In this document: positions 32,131 to 39,092 of the stretch, piece by piece
How the letters are laid out: each line of letters opens with the position of its first letter
How positions within the stretch are numbered: the first letter of the stretch is position 1
Source: an uncultured Streptococcus sp.
Lineage (GTDB): Bacteria > Bacillota > Bacilli > Lactobacillales > Streptococcaceae
Direction: 5' to 3'
Assembly (NCBI GenBank): GCA_915063165.1
Contig: CAJZDE010000001.1
Location: forward strand, 1-39,092
Length of the DNA: 39,092 nucleotides
Notes under the pieces: generated by a model
Database searches by the model: none
Seen by the model: only the letters and a program-made list of their open reading frames with translations
What the model was told of the DNA's origin: nothing
Translations under genes and position numbers: made by a program

Positions 32131-32168
32131 AAAAACTTCTCCACATAAAATAATTTGTGGAGTTTTTT
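32131..32168 (+). terminator. Probable terminator of the GH125-GH20 transcript
   Basis: CTCCACA...TGTGGAG followed by TTTTTT. Confidence 0.5.
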
Positions 32169-32205
32169 CTATAATTAGTAGTTTAACCTGACCTTCAAAT
32201 AGGAG

Positions 32206-32230
32206 TATACTAATAATGTAATCGTTATCA
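32206..32230 (+). promoter_or_regulatory. -10 and cre site of the ABC transporter operon
   Basis: TATACT at 32206-32211 followed by cre-like TGTAATCGTTATCA at 32217-32230. Confidence 0.6.
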
Positions 32231-32281
32231 AACCTAAAAATTCGATGAAATCAGTTTTTAGGAATAAAAAGGGAGGAAATT

Positions 32282-33211
32282 ATGAAAAAGTTTTCAAAGA
32301 CCTTGAGAGATAACTGGATCTTTCTCTTGATGGTTTTACCAGGGGCACTCTGGTTGATTCTATTCTTTTACATTCCAGTATTTGGGAATGTGGTCGCCTT
32401 TAAAGACTACCATATGACCAGTAATGGTTTCATAGATAGTATTGTGAATAGTAAATGGGTCGGGTTAGATAATTTCAGATTCTTGTTTAGTTCAAAAGAT
32501 GCCTTTATCATCACTCGAAATACCGTTCTTTACAATCTCGGCTTTATCTTTATCGGTTTGGTTGTATCAGTAGGGATTGCCATCATCCTCAGCGAGCTTC
32601 GCTCTAAGAGAATGGTTAAGATTTTCCAAACGTCTATGTTGTTCCCTTACTTCCTGTCATGGGTTATCATCAGTTTCTTTACAGATGCCTTCCTAAACAT
32701 TGACAAAGGGGTTTTCAACCATTTTCTAACATCTATTGGCATGAAGGAAGTCAACTTCTACGCTGACTTAGGCATTTGGCCATACCTTCTCCTTTTCCTA
32801 GGTATTTGGAAAGGCTTTGGATATAGCAGTGTCATGTACTATGCGACGATCATGGGAATTGACCCTACCTACTACGAAGCAGCAACAGTGGACGGGGCTA
32901 GCAAGTGGCAACGTATTCGCAACGTAACCATTCCTCAGTTGACTCCACTTGTAACAGTTTTGACCATCCTTGCAGTCGGAAATATCTTCCGTGCAGACTT
33001 TGGTCTCTTCTATCAAATCCCACACAATGCTGGTCAGCTTTACAATGTAACCAACGTTTTGGACGTCTATGTCTTTAATGGTTTGACTCAGACAGCAGAT
33101 ATCGGTATGGCTTCAGCAGCTGGTCTTTACCAATCCGTTGTCGGTTTGATTCTGGTTATCCTATCAAACTTGCTTGCAAGACGAGTCGATCCAAACTCAG
33201 CTTTGTTCTAG
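32282..33211 (+). CDS. Carbohydrate (N-glycan) ABC transporter permease 1
   Basis: CUT1 permease with EAA motif (YYEAATVDGASKWQ). Confidence 0.9.
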   Translation: MKKFSKTLRDNWIFLLMVLPGALWLILFFYIPVFGNVVAFKDYHMTSNGFIDSIVNSKWVGLDNFRFLFSSKDAFIITRNTVLYNLGFIFIGLVVSVGIAIILSELRSKRMVKIFQTSMLFPYFLSWVIISFFTDAFLNIDKGVFNHFLTSIGMKEVNFYADLGIWPYLLLFLGIWKGFGYSSVMYYATIMGIDPTYYEAATVDGASKWQRIRNVTIPQLTPLVTVLTILAVGNIFRADFGLFYQIPHNAGQLYNVTNVLDVYVFNGLTQTADIGMASAAGLYQSVVGLILVILSNLLARRVDPNSALF

Positions 33212-33224
33212 AAAGGAGGAGAAT

Positions 33225-34148
33225 ATGGCAGAAAAGAAAATTAAAAAAGAAAAAATCGATAATGTCGGCATTCACTCCTTCAGTAAGAAAGCAGATATCT
33301 TCTTTAGTATCATCTCTGGTTTGGTCGCTCTTTCTTGTATCTTGCCCTTTATCTTCGTTATCATCATTTCGGTGACAGACGAAAAGAGCATTCTCCAGTA
33401 TGGATATAGCTTTTTCCCTTCGCAATTTGGTGTAGATGGATTCCAGTTCTTAGCTCAGTTTAAAGATAAGATCCTCCAAGCGCTCTTTATCTCAGTTTTT
33501 GTAACCGTAGTCGGAACAGTGACCAATGTCTTCATTACAACCACTTATGCCTACGCCATCTCACGTACAACCTTTAAGTACCGCAGATTCTTTACGATTT
33601 TCGCTCTTCTTAGTATGTTGTTCAATGCTGGTTTGGTACCAGGCTATATCGTGGTCACTCGCCTGCTTCAACTGGGTGATACCGTTTGGGCCTTGATTGT
33701 TCCAATGCTTCTCTCACCATTCAACATCATCTTGATGCGTTCCTTCTTCAAGAAGACCATTCCAGAAGCCATTCTCGAATCTGCTCGTATCGATGGTGCC
33801 AGTGAAGCTCGGATCTTCTTCCAGATCTGTTTGCCATTGTCACTTCCAGGTATCGCAACCATTACGCTTTTGACAGCTCTTGGTTTCTGGAACGACTGGT
33901 TCAACGCCCTTCTTTACATCAAGAGTGACAACTTGTATCCATTGCAATATTTGCTCATGCAAATCCAGCAAAATATGGACTACATTGCAAAAGCAGTCGG
34001 TCTATCTGGCCAACTGGGAGTTGCTCTACCGAAAGAAACAGGACGTATGGCCATGGTTGTCGTTGCAACCCTTCCGATTGCCATTCTGTATCCATTCTTC
34101 CAACGCTACTTTGTTAAAGGTTTGACCATCGGTGGTGTGAAAGAATAG
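33225..34148 (+). CDS. Carbohydrate (N-glycan) ABC transporter permease 2
   Basis: ESARIDGASE motif and GLTIGGVKE C-terminus. RBS AGGAGG before ATG 33225. Confidence 0.9.
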   Translation: MAEKKIKKEKIDNVGIHSFSKKADIFFSIISGLVALSCILPFIFVIIISVTDEKSILQYGYSFFPSQFGVDGFQFLAQFKDKILQALFISVFVTVVGTVTNVFITTTYAYAISRTTFKYRRFFTIFALLSMLFNAGLVPGYIVVTRLLQLGDTVWALIVPMLLSPFNIILMRSFFKKTIPEAILESARIDGASEARIFFQICLPLSLPGIATITLLTALGFWNDWFNALLYIKSDNLYPLQYLLMQIQQNMDYIAKAVGLSGQLGVALPKETGRMAMVVVATLPIAILYPFFQRYFVKGLTIGGVKE

Positions 34149-34256
34149 CACTTGCTGAGAAACACCGTTTCTCCCTTCCCAACTTCATCTTAGTGACTGA
34201 AGTTACAAATTATTAAATCGTTTATAAGTTTAAAAATAAAAAAAGGAGTTTTTATC

Positions 34257-35741
34257 ATGAAAAACTGGAAAAAATATGCTTTTGCATCTGCTAGCGTAGT
34301 CGCTTTGGCTGCAAGTCTTGCTGCTTGTGGAAACCTTACAGGTAACAACAAAAAAGCTGCAGATACTACTTCAGGTGAAAAACCTGTAATCAAAATGTAC
34401 CAAATCGGTGACAAACCAGACAACTTGGATGAATTGCTAGAAAATGCAAACAAAATCATCGAAGAAAAAGTCGGTGCTAAATTGGATATCCAATACCTTG
34501 GATGGGGTGACTATGATAAGAAAATGTCTGTTATCACATCATCTGGTGAAAACTATGATATCGCATTTGCATCTAACTATGTCGTAAATGCTCAAAAAGG
34601 TGCTTATGCTGACTTGACAGAATTGTATAAAAAAGAAGGAGCAGAGCTTTACAAAGCACTTGATCCAGCTTACATCAAAGGGAACACTGTAAATGGTAAG
34701 ATCTATGCAGTACCAGTTGCAGCTAACGTTGCATCATCTCAAAACTTTGCCTTCAACGGAACTCTTCTTGCTAAATACGGTATCGATATTTCAGGTGTCA
34801 CTTCATACGAAACACTTGAGCCAGTCTTGAAACAAATCAAAGAAAAAGCTCCAGATGTAGTACCATTTGCGGTTACGAAGAACTTTATCCCATCTGATAA
34901 CTTTGACTACCCAGTACCAAATGGACTTCCATTTGTTATCGACCTTGAAGGAGACACTACTAAGATCGTAAACCGTTACGAAGTACCTCGTTTCAAAGAA
35001 CACTTGAAGACTCTTCACAAATTCTATGAAGAAGGGTACATTCCAAAAGACGTAGCAACAAGCGACACTTCATTTGACCTTCAACAAGATACTTGGTTCG
35101 TTCGTGAAGAAACAGTAGGACCAGCTGACTACGGTAACAGCTTGCTCTCACGCGTTGCGAACAAAGACATCCAAATCAAACCAATCACTAACTTTATCAA
35201 GAAAAACCAAACAACACAAGTTGCCAACTTTGTTATCTCAAACAACTCTAAGAACAAAGAAAAATCAATGGAAGTGTTGAACCTCTTGAACACGAACCCA
35301 GAACTCTTGAACGGTCTTGTTTACGGTCCAGAAGGCAAGAACTGGGAAAAAATTGAAGGTAAAGAAAACCGTGTCCGCGTCCTTGATGGCTACAAAGGAA
35401 ATACTCACATGGGTGGATGGAACACTGGTAACAACTGGATTCTTTACATCAACGAAAACGTTACAGATCAACAAATCGAAGATTCTAAGAAACAATTGGC
35501 AGAAGCTAAAGAATCTCCAGCACTTGGATTCATCTTTAACACTGACAATGTGAAATCTGAAATCTCAGCAATTTCTAACACAATGCAACAATTCGATACA
35601 GCTATCAACACTGGTACTGTAGACCCAGATAAAGCTATTCCAGAATTGATGGAAAAATTGAAATCTGAAGGTGCCTACGAAAAAGTATTGAACGAAATGC
35701 AAAAACAATACGACGAATTCTTGAAAAACAAAAAATCATAA
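34257..35741 (+). CDS. ngtS: ABC substrate-binding lipoprotein, N-glycan-binding NgtS-like
   Basis: Lipobox LAAC. MKNWKKYAFASASVVALAA N-terminus recalls pneumococcal SP_0092. Adjacent to mannosidase genes. Confidence 0.8.
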   Translation: MKNWKKYAFASASVVALAASLAACGNLTGNNKKAADTTSGEKPVIKMYQIGDKPDNLDELLENANKIIEEKVGAKLDIQYLGWGDYDKKMSVITSSGENYDIAFASNYVVNAQKGAYADLTELYKKEGAELYKALDPAYIKGNTVNGKIYAVPVAANVASSQNFAFNGTLLAKYGIDISGVTSYETLEPVLKQIKEKAPDVVPFAVTKNFIPSDNFDYPVPNGLPFVIDLEGDTTKIVNRYEVPRFKEHLKTLHKFYEEGYIPKDVATSDTSFDLQQDTWFVREETVGPADYGNSLLSRVANKDIQIKPITNFIKKNQTTQVANFVISNNSKNKEKSMEVLNLLNTNPELLNGLVYGPEGKNWEKIEGKENRVRVLDGYKGNTHMGGWNTGNNWILYINENVTDQQIEDSKKQLAEAKESPALGFIFNTDNVKSEISAISNTMQQFDTAINTGTVDPDKAIPELMEKLKSEGAYEKVLNEMQKQYDEFLKNKKS

Positions 35742-35785
35742 GATCGATTGATTTCGTGTATTCATTCCTAATTCCTAAAAATGTG

Positions 35786-35829
35786 ATCACTGCCTTCCTT
35801 AGTTCTCTAGGGGAGGTAGTGATTTTTTT
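35786..35829 (+). terminator. ABC operon terminator
   Basis: ATCACTGCCTTCCTT...AGGGGAGGTAGTGAT followed by a T-run. Confidence 0.85.
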
Positions 35830-35936
35830 ATTAGAGTAGCTAAAAGTAAAAAAATCTTGTTAAAAACTTTGTAAAATACCAGTATAAAATATAGATATCG
35901 ATTAATTGGACTAATACCTCTATTAGTTTAATTAAG

Positions 35937-35990
35937 TAGATTTTTAGAATGAACTAGCTTATAATAAGAGTACGATGAAAGCGCTTAACA
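35937..35990 (+). promoter_or_regulatory. Promoter and cre site upstream of the MFS gene
   Basis: TAGATT, 17 nt, TATAAT (35960-35965). cre TGAAAGCGCTTAAC at 35976-35989. Confidence 0.65.
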
Positions 35991-36185
35991 TTGTGAAATT
36001 TAACTGGATTTTGATTTAAGAAGTGGACAGGATTCCTTCTTAATTGTTTCATTTATGTCTGATTTCAGCTTGTTCATATTTTGTAAATTATGAAAGATTC
36101 AAGTGATGCACAGCAAGTGAAAATCCGATAAAAAGTTGTTTGCTATCCCTTTTGGGAACAAGAAATATTACATGAGGTTATTCAT

Positions 36186-37379
36186 ATGAAAAAAACACCC
36201 AATCGATGGTTAATTTTGGCTGCGGCCATTTTAACGAATCTCTCTCTAGGTGCAGGATATGCCTGGTCGGTCTTTCAGAAGGCACTCCTAGAAACCAATG
36301 CTAGTCAAGGATGGGTTCAAGCTCAGACTTCCTTAGCCTTTAGCATTTCTTTTGCTATGGTACCTGTTGGAATGATTCTTTTCGGTCCCAAAGTAGATTC
36401 GGTTGGACCTAAAAAGTTTGTCTTTCTAGGTGGTATTCTCTTTGGTACAGGGATGTTTGCGACTGGTTTTGCGAACTCACTACCCGTGCTTTATCTAACG
36501 TACGGTGTCATCCTAGGACTTGGTATCGGCTCTGCTTATGGGGCATCTACGTCCGTTGCGACAAAGTGGTTCCCAGACAAAAAAGGCCTAGCTGGTGGAT
36601 TGACAGCGGCAGGATTTGGCTTGGGTCCACTAATTATCGGACCGGTTGCAAAATCTTTGATTGCTTCTATGGGGATTTACTCTACCTTTAAGGTATTAGG
36701 TATTGTCCTTTTACTAGTGATCTGTACATCTTCCCTTGTTATGGCCAAAGCTCCTACTGTTGCTCCAGCGGCTGGGAATGCTCAACCGGAAGGAAAAACT
36801 TATAAAGAAATGCTCCGTGATGGAAATTACTGGCTTCTATGGTTGATCTATGTTCTTGGTGCTACAGGCGGAATGATGATTATCGGAACTGCAGCAGCAA
36901 TCTCAGACCAATATCAACTTGTTGGAGAAGCGACCCTCTTCGTTATGCTGGTATCCATTGCAAATACATTTGGTCGTATCTTCTGGGGTACGGTTTCTGA
37001 TAAGATTGGCCGCTATCCTACCGTTATTGCCATGTTTGGAGCGGTCGCTACTGGTTTGTTGCTCACAGCCTTATTCAAAGGTCCTGGAAGCATCTTGGCC
37101 ATCCTTGGAATCATGATGGTTGCCTTGTCATTTGGTGGCTTCCTCGGTTCCTTCCCAGGAATTACTGCTGAAAACTGGGGCGTGACCTACGTAGGGACAA
37201 ACTATGGATGGATGTTTACTGCTTATGGTGTAGCTGCTATTGCTGGTCCTCAGTTAGGGGCACGTCTTGCACAGGCAAACCAAGGAGATTATACAATGGC
37301 CTTCTTTATCGTTATCGGTATGGCTATCATTGGTATTCTACTCCAACTCTTTTATATGGCTAAAGCTAAAAAGGTTTAA
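36186..37379 (+). CDS. OFA-family MFS transporter (oxalate:formate antiporter / monocarboxylate-like)
   Basis: NRWLIL...G..YAWSVF, KWFPDKKGLA.G...AGFGLG, GRIFWG.VSDKIGR, G.NYG. About 12 TM segments. Confidence 0.87.
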   Translation: MKKTPNRWLILAAAILTNLSLGAGYAWSVFQKALLETNASQGWVQAQTSLAFSISFAMVPVGMILFGPKVDSVGPKKFVFLGGILFGTGMFATGFANSLPVLYLTYGVILGLGIGSAYGASTSVATKWFPDKKGLAGGLTAAGFGLGPLIIGPVAKSLIASMGIYSTFKVLGIVLLLVICTSSLVMAKAPTVAPAAGNAQPEGKTYKEMLRDGNYWLLWLIYVLGATGGMMIIGTAAAISDQYQLVGEATLFVMLVSIANTFGRIFWGTVSDKIGRYPTVIAMFGAVATGLLLTALFKGPGSILAILGIMMVALSFGGFLGSFPGITAENWGVTYVGTNYGWMFTAYGVAAIAGPQLGARLAQANQGDYTMAFFIVIGMAIIGILLQLFYMAKAKKV

Positions 37380-37411
37380 AAAAGAATCCTTGGGAAATCC
37401 AAGGATTTTTT
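37378..37411 (+). terminator. MFS terminator
   Basis: AATCCTTGG-gaaat-CCAAGGATT followed by a T-run. Confidence 0.85.
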
Positions 37412-37467
37412 AAATTGGAATAGACATTCGTTGGAATTAGCTCCTTTTTAATTTCCGGTCAAATAAA

Positions 37468-37526
37468 TTGCATTCGTTTTCTCAAGTGGGTATACTAGAA
37501 TAGTTGAATGAAAAATTCTGAAAATT
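37468..37526 (+). promoter_or_regulatory. trhO promoter with CodY-like box
   Basis: TTGCAT, 17 nt, TATACT (37491-37496). AAAATTCTGAAAATT at 37512-37526 has 2 mismatches to AATTTTCWGAAAATT. Confidence 0.6.
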
Positions 37527-37552
37527 TAAGAATAGAAAAGAGAACAAATCTT

Positions 37553-38539
37553 ATGGCAAAAGATATTCGTGTCTTACTTTACTACCTCTATACTCCAATT
37601 GAAAATGCAGAGCAATTTGCGGCAGATCACTTGGCTTTCTGTAAATCAATCGGCCTTAAAGGTCGTATCCTAGTCGCTGACGAGGGAATTAACGGAACCG
37701 TTTCAGGTGACTATGAAACAACTCAAAAATACATGGACTACGTTCACAGCCTCCCAGGTATGGAAAACCTCTGGTTCAAGATTGACGAAGAAAATGAACA
37801 AGCCTTCAAGAAGATGTTTGTTCGCTACAAGAAAGAAATTGTCCACCTTGGTTTGGAAGACAACGACTTTGATAATGACATCAACCCACTTGAAACAACA
37901 GGTGCTTACTTGTCTCCAAAAGAGTTCAAAGAAGCCCTTCTTGATGAAGATACAGTAGTTCTTGACACACGTAACGATTACGAGTACGACCTAGGACATT
38001 TCCGTGGGGCTATCCGCCCAGACATCCGCAACTTCCGTGAGTTGCCACAATGGGTCCGTGACAACAAGGAAAAATTCATGGATAAGCGTGTTGTGGTTTA
38101 CTGTACAGGTGGCGTTCGCTGTGAGAAATTCTCAGGTTGGATGGTTCGTGAAGGCTACAAAGATGTTGGCCAATTGCACGGAGGAATCGCTACTTACGGT
38201 AAAGACCCAGAAGTTCAAGGTGAACTTTGGGATGGGAAAATGTACGTCTTTGACGAGCGTATCGCAGTTGATATCAACCATGTCAACCCTACCATCGTAG
38301 GAAAAGACTGGTTTGATGGAACGCCATGTGAACGTTATGTCAACTGTGGAAATCCCTTCTGTAACCGTCGTATCCTAACATCAGAAGAAAATGAAGACAA
38401 GTACCTTCGTGGATGCTCACACGAGTGCCGTGTTCACCCTCGCAACCGCTATGTTTCAGAAAATGAATTGACACAAGCAGAAGTTGTTGAGCGCCTAGCA
38501 GCTATCGGTGAAAGCTTGGAAACAGTGGTAGCTCAGTAA
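37553..38539 (+). CDS. trhO: Oxygen-dependent tRNA uridine(34) hydroxylase TrhO (UPF0176 rhodanese)
   Basis: [41 protein letters not shown]. Confidence 0.9.
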   Translation: MAKDIRVLLYYLYTPIENAEQFAADHLAFCKSIGLKGRILVADEGINGTVSGDYETTQKYMDYVHSLPGMENLWFKIDEENEQAFKKMFVRYKKEIVHLGLEDNDFDNDINPLETTGAYLSPKEFKEALLDEDTVVLDTRNDYEYDLGHFRGAIRPDIRNFRELPQWVRDNKEKFMDKRVVVYCTGGVRCEKFSGWMVREGYKDVGQLHGGIATYGKDPEVQGELWDGKMYVFDERIAVDINHVNPTIVGKDWFDGTPCERYVNCGNPFCNRRILTSEENEDKYLRGCSHECRVHPRNRYVSENELTQAEVVERLAAIGESLETVVAQ

Positions 38540-38554
38540 TAAGGAGAGATCCTA

Positions 38555-38863
38555 ATGGAAAAGTTTTGCGTTTATGGTAAATTAATTGCCAAAGAAGGAA
38601 AGGCGCAGGAACTTGCTGCTTATATGCAAGAAGTTGTTAAAGAAATGCAAAATCTTGATACTTGTTTCTGCTATATCTTAGGAGAGAAAGCAGACGAACC
38701 CAACAGCATCTATATTTATGAGGTTTGGGAGAGCGAGCAAGCTCACAATGACAGTCTGACCTTGGAAGTTTTTCAAAATCTCATTGCAAAAGCTAGACCC
38801 ATTATTGCAGGCATGGAAAATTTGCATAAGCTGACTATTTTTGATGGTAAGGCAAGTTTCTAA
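38555..38863 (+). CDS. Antibiotic biosynthesis monooxygenase (ABM) family protein
   Basis: 102 aa with AKEGK...L and IYEVWESEQAH motifs. RBS AAGGAG. Confidence 0.8.
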   Translation: MEKFCVYGKLIAKEGKAQELAAYMQEVVKEMQNLDTCFCYILGEKADEPNSIYIYEVWESEQAHNDSLTLEVFQNLIAKARPIIAGMENLHKLTIFDGKASF

Positions 38864-38879
38864 ATTCCTAAGAAAAACT

Positions 38880-38916
38880 AAAAACTTTAGGCGATTCAAA
38901 CGTCTAAAGTTTTTTT
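38880..38916 (+). terminator. Terminator after the ABM gene
   Basis: AAAAACTTTAGGCG-attcaaa-CGTCTAAAGTTTTTTT. Confidence 0.85.
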
Positions 38917-39063
38917 CATCATTTATCTACAGGTAAAAGTCTTGTTGGACAGAGATTTGGGAAAGCAGACTATTTCCTCATGTTCTTGGGGCATCTCGCG
39001 GAGTATCACTTGATTTCTTCTTTTCTTTATGCGGTTTTGATTTTTTGTCCTTTCTTTTTGATG

Positions 39064-39072
39064 TGATATAAT
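39064..39072 (+). promoter_or_regulatory. Extended -10 for the next gene (outside the window)
   Basis: TGaTATAAT near the window end. Confidence 0.5.
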
Positions 39073-39092
39073 GGGCTTAAATAAATGGGAAA

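Noticed and set aside
35975..36019. 14-codon leader ORF MKALNIVKFNWILI
   Set aside because: No good SD and it overlaps the cre site; no support for a leader peptide.

Overview
Mostly core chromosome of a mitis-group Streptococcus (S. oralis/S. mitis-like, inferred from gene content, the BOX element and similarity to pneumococcal proteins as I recall them). In order: 3' end of pnuC and an NrtR-like Nudix gene; a Ser/Gln-rich lipoprotein; dusB-hslO on the minus strand; an Mga-like regulator; glpK-glpO-glpF; dltXABCD; an LPXTG 5'-nucleotidase; adcRCBA; a contiguous N-glycan utilisation locus (GH29, GH92, GH125, GH38, ROK, GH20, BOX element, ABC transporter); an OFA-family MFS transporter; trhO; and an ABM monooxygenase. 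I saw no rRNA, tRNA, CRISPR array, phage or IS element. The best signals are non-coding: (1) a cluster of paired DnaA boxes, with a strong sigma-A promoter, between adcA and the fucosidase and no dnaA nearby; (2) a parS-like palindrome beside the BOX element at an apparent synteny breakpoint; (3) a lipoprotein promoter region that stacks a perfect ComX box, a sigma-A promoter, a perfect WalR/VicR box and a palindrome. All family calls come from motif recognition by eye; no searches were run.
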